Shown in pieces: positions 56,525 to 64,000 of a stretch of DNA of 64,000 bases. Every line of letters begins with the position of its first letter. Within the stretch, counting starts at the first letter, position 1. The stretch comes from a virus. Taxonomy: Duplodnaviria > Caudoviricetes. The stretch is taken from IMG/VR virus record IMGVR_UViG_3300009031_000368, positions 167,715 through 231,714 of that record; one strand, given 5' to 3'. The position numbers and the translations under genes were made by a program. The notes below the pieces were generated by a model. The model had not been told where the DNA came from, did not search any database, and worked only from the letters and a program-made list of their open reading frames with translations.

Positions 56525-56737
56525 TCAGTGATCTGTCAGCTGTTTACACCAGTAGTGCCATTCTTGAAGCGTGAGATCAAACTCTTCCATGATGGCATCG
56601 ATCCTGGCATTGATTGTTGCATTGATTTCGGCCGACATTCCGCACATGGCTGCATTGTGTTCCCACATCGCCGTTATGGCACTGGTAAGTTCTGCTCCGC
56701 GTGAAAATGACTCAACAGATCTTTCAGGTCTGATCAT
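56525..56737 (-). CDS. hypothetical protein
   Basis: AAGGA RBS. Confidence 0.55.
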   Translation of the reverse strand: MIRPERSVESFSRGAELTSAITAMWEHNAAMCGMSAEINATINARIDAIMEEFDLTLQEWHYWCKQLTDH

Positions 56738-56739
56738 GG

Positions 56740-56979
56740 TTAATCCTTACTGATAAAACCATAGTGCTTCAACAGACGCCGTGCATCCTGGTAAGATTCG
56801 CATTGTTCAATGACGTCTGCGATATCTTCCATCTTCTTAAGATTCGACAGCGATTGCTCGGCGGTAAACGCTGCTGCCGTGTTGGCCGCATACCAGCACG
56901 CCCACGCACGGATCAAGAGCGCAATATGGTCCGGCTTTCTGGCACGAAGGATTCTTGAGAACAGAGAAGTCTGACGCAT
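56740..56979 (-). CDS. hypothetical protein
   Basis: AAGGAG RBS. Confidence 0.6.
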   Translation of the reverse strand: MRQTSLFSRILRARKPDHIALLIRAWACWYAANTAAAFTAEQSLSNLKKMEDIADVIEQCESYQDARRLLKHYGFISKD

Positions 56980-56982
56980 CGG

Positions 56983-57198
56983 TTACTCCTTGCCGGTGTA
57001 TGGACAAGTGTTGAAGAAATCCGACATAAGACGGTACATTCCACGCAGCGTTTCTCGCTGAATCGAATCCAGCTCAGAATCGGCGTCAGGATCGTCTGAC
57101 AATGTGTCAATCGCCGCTTCGATACTGTTGATCGATTGACGGGCCAATCTGGCAGCACGCTTAATCTCATTCTGGCGGACGTTTTGAAGGCTTGTCAT
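56983..57198 (-). CDS. hypothetical protein
   Basis: GGAGGA RBS before MTSLQ; after promoter 57236-57264. Confidence 0.65.
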   Translation of the reverse strand: MTSLQNVRQNEIKRAARLARQSINSIEAAIDTLSDDPDADSELDSIQRETLRGMYRLMSDFFNTCPYTGKE

Positions 57199-57235
57199 CT
57201 CGTTATCCTCCATGTTGATACAACCGTTGAAAACA

Positions 57236-57264
57236 ACTATACGGCACAAACGTGGAAAAGTCAA
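57236..57264 (-). promoter_or_regulatory. sigma70-type promoter
   Basis: TTGACT-17 nt-TATAGT. Confidence 0.8.
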
Positions 57265-57271
57265 GTAGATT

Positions 57272-57607
57272 TTAAGACTTTCCGGTATAGGTACCGTCTG
57301 GCGACATATAACCGACGATGGCAAGAACAACGCCGAATGCATGACTGTCGTCCGAAGATACGACATCAACCGACACAACTGCATGTCGTTCGGCGAATTC
57401 AGGACCAAATGTCTCATCCCATTCGTGATGTTTCTTCGCCGATTCCTCCGGCGTCCGGGTAAACCATTCCTTCAACAGATTGACCTTGAACCAATCGGAC
57501 TCCACATCGTCAAAGCCAGGTACATTGCCGTCCTGGTTTTGTTCCTGTTCCAGGTACTGAATCAACCTGCTTCCAGCCTGAATCGTCACATACCGGATGC
57601 CCTTCAT
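57272..57607 (-). CDS. hypothetical protein
   Basis: GGAGG RBS. Confidence 0.65.
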   Translation of the reverse strand: MKGIRYVTIQAGSRLIQYLEQEQNQDGNVPGFDDVESDWFKVNLLKEWFTRTPEESAKKHHEWDETFGPEFAERHAVVSVDVVSSDDSHAFGVVLAIVGYMSPDGTYTGKS

Positions 57608-57658
57608 TGCACTTTCCTCCAGTTTTTAGACTGAACTCAAAATCATTCAACGGATATC

Positions 57659-57760
57659 AATATAACATGCTTGCCCGGTAATGTCAAGAGAAATTTAGTA
57701 GTCGTCCATTTTCTTTTTCCTTAAAAACATCTTGACATTTCTTTCGTGCTGGCTTATATT
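57659..57760. promoter_or_regulatory. divergent pair of sigma70 promoters
   Basis: Minus strand TTGACA-17-TATATT (57659-57687); plus strand TTGACA-17-TATATT (57732-57760). Confidence 0.85.
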
Positions 57761-57803
57761 GTACTCATCAAACGATGTTGCTGACCTGCTAAGGAGAGAC
57801 GAA

Positions 57804-58004
57804 ATGAAGCCCTACGTTGGAATCAAGCTCTGCAAGAATCAGGAAAAAATCCGTCGCAAGCACTACGCTGGCCAACCCATTAAGGGCGGTGGACGCTACG
57901 ACACGGTGAAGGACCAGCTTGATCGGGCCGAGGATGAGTATTTCCGGCTGTGTCGCGGTTGCGGGCGGATTCCCAGCCTGTGCTGCTGCACTGACGACAA
58001 GTAA
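57804..58004 (+). CDS. small basic Cys-containing protein
   Basis: AAGGAG RBS before MKPYVG. Confidence 0.65.
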   Translation: MKPYVGIKLCKNQEKIRRKHYAGQPIKGGGRYDTVKDQLDRAEDEYFRLCRGCGRIPSLCCCTDDK

Positions 58005-58068
58005 TGTCGATTTTCTGAAAATTATCTTGACATTCTTGCGGTTGGATTATACTGTAATCAATTGAACG

Positions 58069-58590
58069 ATGTTGCTTAGGAGATACAGCATGTCACGACG
58101 TAACCGCATCGATATTTCTCGATTAACCAGCGCTCATGTCAATGTTCGGTTCACCGAGCAGGATGGCTGGCTTGATACCGATGTGCCGGTTGTGCAGATC
58201 CCGTTTCTATGTGTAGTTCCGATGGAGAAGACCGAAGCCAAGCCCTTCCGGCCGGTTGTCCAGCTGTATATGAGCCGCGACGGTATGGTCTTCGGCGAGC
58301 ATATCGGCGATGAGGTTTTGACGTACCGAGATGCAACAGGCAATAAGAATAAGATGATTCTGCTTGGCAGCTACTACGGTCAAGGACTGGATGATTTTTT
58401 CTACAACGGAAAATTGACGCCTAACCTGGATGCATGGATGCGCAATTCGCGCCAGAAGTTGGAAACGTCGGCCAATTACTGGTTTGGCGTTATTGATGCC
58501 AGGATGGCAAAGATCGCCTACCGGAAGTCACGGGTTGAGGAGAAAGCTCGACGTAAGCAGCTCGCCAGGAAAGCAATATCGGGAACCTAG
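58069..58590 (+). CDS. hypothetical protein
   Basis: Own promoter 58027-58055; AGGAG RBS before MSRRNR. Confidence 0.7.
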   Translation: MLLRRYSMSRRNRIDISRLTSAHVNVRFTEQDGWLDTDVPVVQIPFLCVVPMEKTEAKPFRPVVQLYMSRDGMVFGEHIGDEVLTYRDATGNKNKMILLGSYYGQGLDDFFYNGKLTPNLDAWMRNSRQKLETSANYWFGVIDARMAKIAYRKSRVEEKARRKQLARKAISGT

Positions 58591-58610
58591 TTGACAGTCC
58601 CTACCTTGAA

Positions 58611-58871
58611 TCAAAATGGAACATCGCTATCATCATAGTTCTCATCATGTGGTACATAGTGAGTACCAATTTCATACAATTCAAATGCGATATAGGCGTC
58701 TTCACATGTAACCGTGCCATCACAATTCATCCAGAATATCCCGCAACTGTTGTTTGTATCGTCATGGTGTATCATCTCCATCATCGTCATATTCAACAAT
58801 TTCGCGTTGACGCCTGTACGGGCGATTCCGTTGACTGTACCATTCCGTATAACGATCTTGGTTCGATACAT
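58611..58871 (-). CDS. hypothetical protein
   Basis: ORF in gene string. Confidence 0.5.
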   Translation of the reverse strand: MYRTKIVIRNGTVNGIARTGVNAKLLNMTMMEMIHHDDTNNSCGIFWMNCDGTVTCEDAYIAFELYEIGTHYVPHDENYDDSDVPF

Positions 58872-59067
58872 GCCAACAATCGGTTCCGCTTTCTGAACAG
58901 TGGTATACCCGGATCACCTTCGCATTACCGTTACGTTCAAGCTTATTGGCCGCCGTTCTGGCAGTTTTCTTGCTTGGAAAACACTTCTTGCCGCACAGAC
59001 AAATCGGCAATGGGTCAGAAACAAGAATGAAATCATCTTGCAACAGCTGGATATCGCGGTTAAACAT
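58762..59067 (-). CDS. small Cys/His phage-type protein
   Basis: CGKKCF....A...RVYHC...WHV. Confidence 0.55.
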   Translation of the reverse strand: MFNRDIQLLQDDFILVSDPLPICLCGKKCFPSKKTARTAANKLERNGNAKVIRVYHCSESGTDCWHVSNQDRYTEWYSQRNRPYRRQREIVEYDDDGDDTP

Positions 59068-59132
59068 AAATGTCCATCCGGGTCATGTTGTGTATACCTG
59101 GAATTGTATCACAACGATGACGGTTTTGTCAA

Positions 59133-59921
59133 TTATCGCTGAAGTACCTGTTTGGCTGCTTCAACGTATTGTACCGATAGCCGGACGAATTCGTCTGACG
59201 TCCTATCGCCGTAGCCTACCAGCTTGCCTTCAGCGTCGCAACAAAGTTCAGGATACCGTTCAGCTACCGGAGCCAAAATATTGACCGTTTCATGCGACAA
59301 GCCACCGGCTGCACCAATCAATACTGTGCCATCGGCGATCTGTTTAACCTTCAACAGTTCATCGATACATCGCAACGTAAAGGGGATATTGATATCCTTT
59401 CCCTTGCCCCCACTGAGATCTAGCAACACGTAATCGATGATGGAAATATTGCGAGAAGCACCAACCGCCAAGTAGGATTCCAATTGTGCCCTTAGCCCTT
59501 TTTCATATTCACATTTACTGAGCGCCGTTGCTCCAAGTTGAAGTACGATCTTAACGCCATACCGCTCTTTCAATCTGAGTAGAATGTAAGGATTTGGCCA
59601 TACGACATTTAGTTGAAATCCATGAAGCGGGACGCCCTTACACCGTGCAATCAATTGCTCACATTGCAGGTAAAGATCATCTTTATTATCGGTGCTGAAA
59701 TGGATCAGATTGAGACATCTGGCGTCAGGTGAAAAGATTGAGGGGATGGTGCCAACTGGCGGATACTTGAATGGATATCGGTTGGTTTGACCGGATAACG
59801 TCTTTGAGCTAGCCAGCACGCCGACCATCAATTTCCTGTCACAAAGAACTGGCATTCCTGACAATACCTGTTCGACCTGTTGCCTGGATGTAAAGCCAGT
59901 GATACCGATATAGGGATTCAT
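59133..59921 (-). CDS. PRAI/TrpF-like TIM-barrel protein
   Basis: YIGITGF, LIHF, GFQLN..WP, DYVLLDLSGGKG, IGAAGGLSHETV, CDAEGKL. Confidence 0.65.
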   Translation of the reverse strand: MNPYIGITGFTSRQQVEQVLSGMPVLCDRKLMVGVLASSKTLSGQTNRYPFKYPPVGTIPSIFSPDARCLNLIHFSTDNKDDLYLQCEQLIARCKGVPLHGFQLNVVWPNPYILLRLKERYGVKIVLQLGATALSKCEYEKGLRAQLESYLAVGASRNISIIDYVLLDLSGGKGKDINIPFTLRCIDELLKVKQIADGTVLIGAAGGLSHETVNILAPVAERYPELCCDAEGKLVGYGDRTSDEFVRLSVQYVEAAKQVLQR

Positions 59922-60154
59922 TACCGTTCCTTGTTGTCGCACAGAACTAAGTCGGCCCGACGTTCCTGTATTGTTTTTTGACCGAAATGACGCCTGGGAT
60001 TGCCACAATGCGGGCAACTGCAAACCGTTCCAGTATTGGTATGACGTCCAATCATTGCAGCGGACGGTTCATCGATATTCCATATATCACGAAGTCGTTG
60101 CTTTGCCCGTTCCTTTATTCTCTCATGGTGGTGTCTACGGATGGCTTTCATCAA
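59921..60154 (-). CDS. small basic Cys/His protein
   Basis: CSCPHCGNPRR; TAATG coupling. Confidence 0.6.
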   Translation of the reverse strand: MMKAIRRHHHERIKERAKQRLRDIWNIDEPSAAMIGRHTNTGTVCSCPHCGNPRRHFGQKTIQERRADLVLCDNKER

Positions 60155-60170
60155 AACATCTCCAGGTTAA

Positions 60171-60638
60171 TTAAATCGTTTTATCCATCCAAACAAATTG
60201 CCGACCTGGCATAAAACCCTTACCAGTTAGAAACTTCACAATATCCGAATCTTGATCCGGATCAATGTGGGCAAAACAGTTAACCGACAGAATGCCATCA
60301 CTTTTAAGCCATTGAATACATGCATCATACAGCTTTGTCGCTACGCCTTTGCGTCTATACTGATCGTCTACCGCTAAGAACACAAGGCATGCTGTTCTGT
60401 CGGTGCCATACTGTGCTGCAATGAATCCGACAATGTGTTCATCTTTATCATCTAAAGCGGCAAGTATGACGCCGTTCTTCCAAATGGAAGACAAATAATA
60501 CCATGTGGCAAATGGCTCATCATCGGTGACTTGAATTTCAGGAAACTTTAGTCCGAATTTAAGAACGGTGTCCAGCTCAATATCATCAATGTATTTTACG
60601 ACAATCATGTCAATCCTTCTTTTTATTCTTAAGTGCAT
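60171..60638 (-). CDS. GNAT acetyltransferase
   Basis: LAVDDQYRRKGVATKL (motif A), FLTGKGF. Confidence 0.9.
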   Translation of the reverse strand: MHLRIKRRIDMIVVKYIDDIELDTVLKFGLKFPEIQVTDDEPFATWYYLSSIWKNGVILAALDDKDEHIVGFIAAQYGTDRTACLVFLAVDDQYRRKGVATKLYDACIQWLKSDGILSVNCFAHIDPDQDSDIVKFLTGKGFMPGRQFVWMDKTI

Positions 60639-61068
60639 CGACTATTTGTTTCATCGCAGCTTCCCCGATATCGCCAACCGATAACCACTTTATCAGCGCT
60701 ACAACACCGTTAATCCTTTTGTTGTACCGATGTCTTGCCGTCCAACTTTCCCGTAACTTTACCGCGTATCGGCCTTCATCAGAATCAGGCTTGCCTTCAT
60801 TTTGCCAAACTGGATAAAGCAATTGGAACTGTTGATTGCCTCTAATGTTCCCGCCCTTGTTCCATATGTCGGGCCAATTATCTTTCAAGTCTTTTGCATA
60901 CTGTGGATCAAATACCTTCCACCTGCTACCAGATAGTGTGATTTCTTTATCGTCACCTTTCGCCGGGAAATCGGTTTTAACCTCTACTGATTCATCCAAC
61001 AGCCATTTAATAAGATCAGTCTTCATACATGCTCCATGTAAACGTGTAATGACAATCATATGGAGCAA
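60610..61068 (-). CDS. hypothetical protein
   Basis: WPDIWNKGGNIRGN...RESWTARH...GVVALIKW. Confidence 0.65.
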   Translation of the reverse strand: MLHMIVITRLHGACMKTDLIKWLLDESVEVKTDFPAKGDDKEITLSGSRWKVFDPQYAKDLKDNWPDIWNKGGNIRGNQQFQLLYPVWQNEGKPDSDEGRYAVKLRESWTARHRYNKRINGVVALIKWLSVGDIGEAAMKQIVDALKNKKKD

Positions 61069-61078
61069 CGGTCAGCAA

Positions 61079-61516
61079 TTACCATTTATGGTAATGGGCA
61101 ATTACTTCTGTTCCGTTCGCCGGGATACGATCAAATCTAAACGTAAGTCGCCCAACAGTGTAATTGATTGTGCCGACACCATCTCCGACCAGTCCACCGC
61201 ATCCATCATCAAAAAGAATCATTCCATCACACTCAATGACTGTCGTGATTTCAGTTAATCTGTTTAACTTTAAGTCTCTAGTCGTCTTATATGCCAGATA
61301 CGCTGCCTGTCGATTAGTACAAGGTAGAATTGGATGATGGGTTGTCATCCAAGCAAATAGATCCTGCCTGCCATCTGATATTGCAATAATGTCTTTATAC
61401 ATAGTTTTTGAACCATTCGACATCTTCCGGCCTGGCCACATATAGATCATCGGTACAGTCAAGATGTTCAACAAGTTGAGCATAAACACTGTATGCGGTC
61501 GACATTGCCGCACCAC
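61079..61516 (-). CDS. hypothetical protein with a virion-structural-like beta motif
   Basis: DDGCGGLVGDGVGTINYTVGRLTFRF..IPANGT. Confidence 0.5.
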   Translation of the reverse strand: MVRQCRPHTVFMLNLLNILTVPMIYMWPGRKMSNGSKTMYKDIIAISDGRQDLFAWMTTHHPILPCTNRQAAYLAYKTTRDLKLNRLTEITTVIECDGMILFDDGCGGLVGDGVGTINYTVGRLTFRFDRIPANGTEVIAHYHKW

Positions 61517-61623
61517 AAAACCCGACCTGATTATAAAGATGTTTGGCGAAGTTAATCGCCAAGGCTGGCAACTAGGTCATTTGAATAAACTTATTTTCCA
61601 TACTGAGAACTTGTGCTTTCATA

Positions 61624-62253
61624 TCAGAATCCTTCTAGTTGTGGAACATTAATTTTCAATACATCTGCAATAATTGGAATATAGCCTGTTGCGATTAATG
61701 TTAAAATGTCATGTTTTGATGTTACACCTTCAGCAATCGGACCAGCTTGTGGATTAAACGTTTTATCCATTTCTGTGCGGTGTCCGTCATAACAGATCAA
61801 ATACCCTTTGTCTCTGGCATCTCCATAAATATGATCCGTATGAAACCAAGGAACAGTGAACCCTATTGACTTGAAATACTCAACATCATATCGACAACAT
61901 GAGGCATTATAGATATTGAGCAGTTTATCATCTTGCACGATATACAGGAAGTCAACAGAAGGCGTCTTGTGAACCCATACCCGAATGCCTGATTGTTCGA
62001 TGAAATAAAGGCTATGGTTACAATCACAAAGCAACAACTTGTTGGATTCAGTGTGCCCAAGCTCTACTAGACGGTTATGGATCGAGATAGTGGCCGGCAA
62101 CAATAATTGCTGAGACACCATACCCCAATACGTTTCCACTACCTTTGAAAGGTGATATGGTCCACAGCTAACCTGAAACAGTTGACCGGCCGTTTCTCGC
62201 CTAAACCGGTATGTATCAAACGTGTTGGTATTCATCGGAATGACATCTTTCAT
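61624..62253 (-). CDS. hypothetical protein
   Basis: 209-aa ORF. Confidence 0.65.
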   Translation of the reverse strand: MKDVIPMNTNTFDTYRFRRETAGQLFQVSCGPYHLSKVVETYWGMVSQQLLLPATISIHNRLVELGHTESNKLLLCDCNHSLYFIEQSGIRVWVHKTPSVDFLYIVQDDKLLNIYNASCCRYDVEYFKSIGFTVPWFHTDHIYGDARDKGYLICYDGHRTEMDKTFNPQAGPIAEGVTSKHDILTLIATGYIPIIADVLKINVPQLEGF

Positions 62254-62265
62254 CAGTTGGCAACA

Positions 62266-62754
62266 TTATTCGCCCAATCGTGTCCGTGTCAGGATTCTAA
62301 TAAATGCACTACCGTCAAAGCTCTTGTCGAAATATGCGCGGCTGGCTGCTTCAACGCCTTCTCGGTTTGGAATGAATCGCGCCAACGGTGTCTGCCCATC
62401 TGGATAAAAATGTGGATCAATACGATGTTCATCGATTTTATCCCATGCAGGTTTGCTGAAGATAAGTAGCTTTAGCCCATGGAATTTCTTAACTTCCGGA
62501 TACTGTACCAACACGAGAACATGACGGTCATTACTGGCTTCCATTCTTACAAATGAAAATGCCGGTTTACCGCTATGGTTAGGTCTCTTATCGGTTCCAG
62601 CAAATGGAACAGGATCTGCCGGACGGTCATAGCTCTGTGTATACCTGGCACTATTCCCGCCCGTGCAACCAGGACTATTGCAATGTTTTGGTCCGTCAAA
62701 ACGGGTAGATTTAACCGAACATCCAGGACTATTGCATCCATGGCATGTGCTCAT
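62266..62754 (-). CDS. phage-type hypothetical protein
   Basis: VQYPE..FHGLKLLIF...IDPHF...PLARFIP; repeated CNSPGC motif. Confidence 0.65.
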   Translation of the reverse strand: MSTCHGCNSPGCSVKSTRFDGPKHCNSPGCTGGNSARYTQSYDRPADPVPFAGTDKRPNHSGKPAFSFVRMEASNDRHVLVLVQYPEVKKFHGLKLLIFSKPAWDKIDEHRIDPHFYPDGQTPLARFIPNREGVEAASRAYFDKSFDGSAFIRILTRTRLGE

Positions 62755-62862
62755 TGATTACTCCACACCCTTAGCTTGATGCTGTTTTCAGGAATCATGT
62801 AACGTCAGGAAAATATCACGAGGCGGCTGGTTTGTCACGCGCAATCAATTGCACCGGTTGAT

Positions 62863-63066
62863 TCACCACGTATAGACAATTGTGGAAATCCAATCAATCT
62901 TTAACACCAATAGAAATCCGAAAAACGATGCCGCTACCCATATGGATGTTAGTATTGGTTTGATGTGTTCAAATTCATCTGTTTTCCACGCCAAACATGC
63001 CACAACCATGCAACAGCTTATTATTGTCATCATGGTGACATAAACGAGAAAAACATCGGTCAGCAT
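62863..63066 (-). CDS. small two-TM membrane protein
   Basis: Two hydrophobic helices. Confidence 0.6.
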   Translation of the reverse strand: MLTDVFLVYVTMMTIISCCMVVACLAWKTDEFEHIKPILTSIWVAASFFGFLLVLKIDWISTIVYTW

Positions 63067-63069
63067 ATA

Positions 63070-63306
63070 TCACCACACCGTTACGCTTAACATAAGCCAT
63101 AAGCCAAATAATGCAAGACACATGTAAATGAATTTAAACAGCATATTCAGGCCACTGTCTCTTTTCCATATCAGTGTCATAAAACAGTTAATTGAAGTTG
63201 TAGCAATGACGTAAAGCATGAGTGCGTTTGCCATAGTGTTTTCCTTATCCGGCATGAAAACTAGCCAGCAATACACCTGTAAAGCCAGCATCTTCGGCCG
63301 TTCCAA
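63070..63306 (-). CDS. small two-TM membrane protein
   Basis: Start probably MANAL; helix-WK-helix layout like its neighbour. Confidence 0.55.
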   Translation of the reverse strand: MERPKMLALQVYCWLVFMPDKENTMANALMLYVIATTSINCFMTLIWKRDSGLNMLFKFIYMCLALFGLWLMLSVTVW

Positions 63307-63541
63307 TCAGTTTAGCGTTTACATCTTCAGGATTTGAAGCCCAACTGTATGAAGATGACCAACTGTTGTGTGTACACATATGTTCCTGAACGTATTGGCA
63401 ATTACGGCATGGGGCACCGTAAATATCACCGCTAGGATGAATCGAAACAGCTTCCTGCTCTGTTTCCGCCGCAACGATACAGCTATCGCATGTGTCATAA
63501 TTGACAATGTTGTTGTTAGATAGTAGCCAGAGTTTCTTCAT
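63245..63541 (-). CDS. phage-type hypothetical protein
   Basis: YDTCDSCIVAAETEQEA..IHP...W...IGTA...LASFHAG. Confidence 0.65.
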   Translation of the reverse strand: MKKLWLLSNNNIVNYDTCDSCIVAAETEQEAVSIHPSGDIYGAPCRNCQYVQEHMCTHNSWSSSYSWASNPEDVNAKLIGTAEDAGFTGVLLASFHAG

Positions 63542-63792
63542 AGTTTACTGCCGCCATATGATGGGCAGATGGGTTTTTGTCGCTTACTGGGACATTTTTC
63601 GTCATCGTGACCGGACCAACCCTGACCACAAATGCAATTGTGATTGTATGCCAATACTATTCTGTCGCGATAACTTGGTTGACCGACATAGCTTGATCTG
63701 CAATCTGGGCAATAATACATTGGAATTGTGGCCATCGTCCCGACATGCTCAACGTATCGGCCATTAGGGTGATGATAATCTTCTGCTATCAT
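63538..63792 (-). CDS. Cys-rich hypothetical protein
   Basis: CPDC, CIC, C motifs. Confidence 0.55.
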   Translation of the reverse strand: MIAEDYHHPNGRYVEHVGTMATIPMYYCPDCRSSYVGQPSYRDRIVLAYNHNCICGQGWSGHDDEKCPSKRQKPICPSYGGSKL

Positions 63793-64000
63793 GTTTCACC
63801 ATTACTACGTGAGCTTGGAATAATGTTGTATTCTACCTCTTCAATGGCAACCTGAAATGATTGATAGATGTTATTGCCATAACGATCTGTTACAAATTCC
63901 CAGTCAAGCTCTTCGATAACCGGAGTCTTGGAATAAAAGGTTTCTCCATCAACAACGAAGAAACTAATTCTTTTAAAATAAATTTCAATTCAAAAGCAAT

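Larger units (their letters stand above)
683..62852. repeat. dispersed quasi-palindrome GCAAT(TG/CA)ATTGC, at least 17 exact copies
   Basis: Exact 12-mers start at 683, 5090, 11804, 14196, 17170, 21540, 23030, 34367, 38332, 41707, 43639, 46241, 51629, 52580, 56457, 59647, 62841. Confidence 0.95.

Noticed and set aside
1-64000. CRISPR array or anti-CRISPR mini-array
   Set aside because: The only frequent repeat is a 12-16 bp motif spaced kilobases apart; I found no 25-45 bp repeats with unique spacers.
63789-64000. Protein-like open frame at the window end preceded by an in-frame TGA
   Set aside because: Truncated by the window edge, so I cannot distinguish a frameshift, an unusual start or readthrough. 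Long ORFs elsewhere end normally in code 11, so there is no evidence of recoding.

Overview
The window looks like the accessory/early region of a large (jumbo-type) tailed bacteriophage, possibly with a plasmid-like replicon. It has dense, mostly minus-strand small ORFs, driven by about 18 near-consensus sigma70 promoters. Recognisable genes include class II ribonucleotide reductase (nrdJ), a DarB-like methyltransferase/SNF2 helicase, an AAA/DUF2997/DUF1257/radical-SAM module, a vWA protein, two metallophosphoesterases, NADAR, a NadE + RaSEA-like radical SAM + NMNAT-PRTase cluster, a methyltransferase-nucleotidyltransferase-2H phosphoesterase operon, and a primase/CHC2 Zn-finger replication protein. 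A short plus-strand virion block carries cement-like and LamG proteins. The strongest unexplained signal is a quasi-palindrome, GYGCAAT(TG/CA)ATTGCRC: its 12-bp core occurs exactly at least 17 times, about every 3-4 kb, in both orientations, in several reading frames, and inside and between genes. Also found outside the ORF track are a D-arm-less tRNA-like RNA with a UAU anticodon and a 44-aa acidic/aromatic micro-ORF. All family assignments come from motif recognition by eye; no database search was run.
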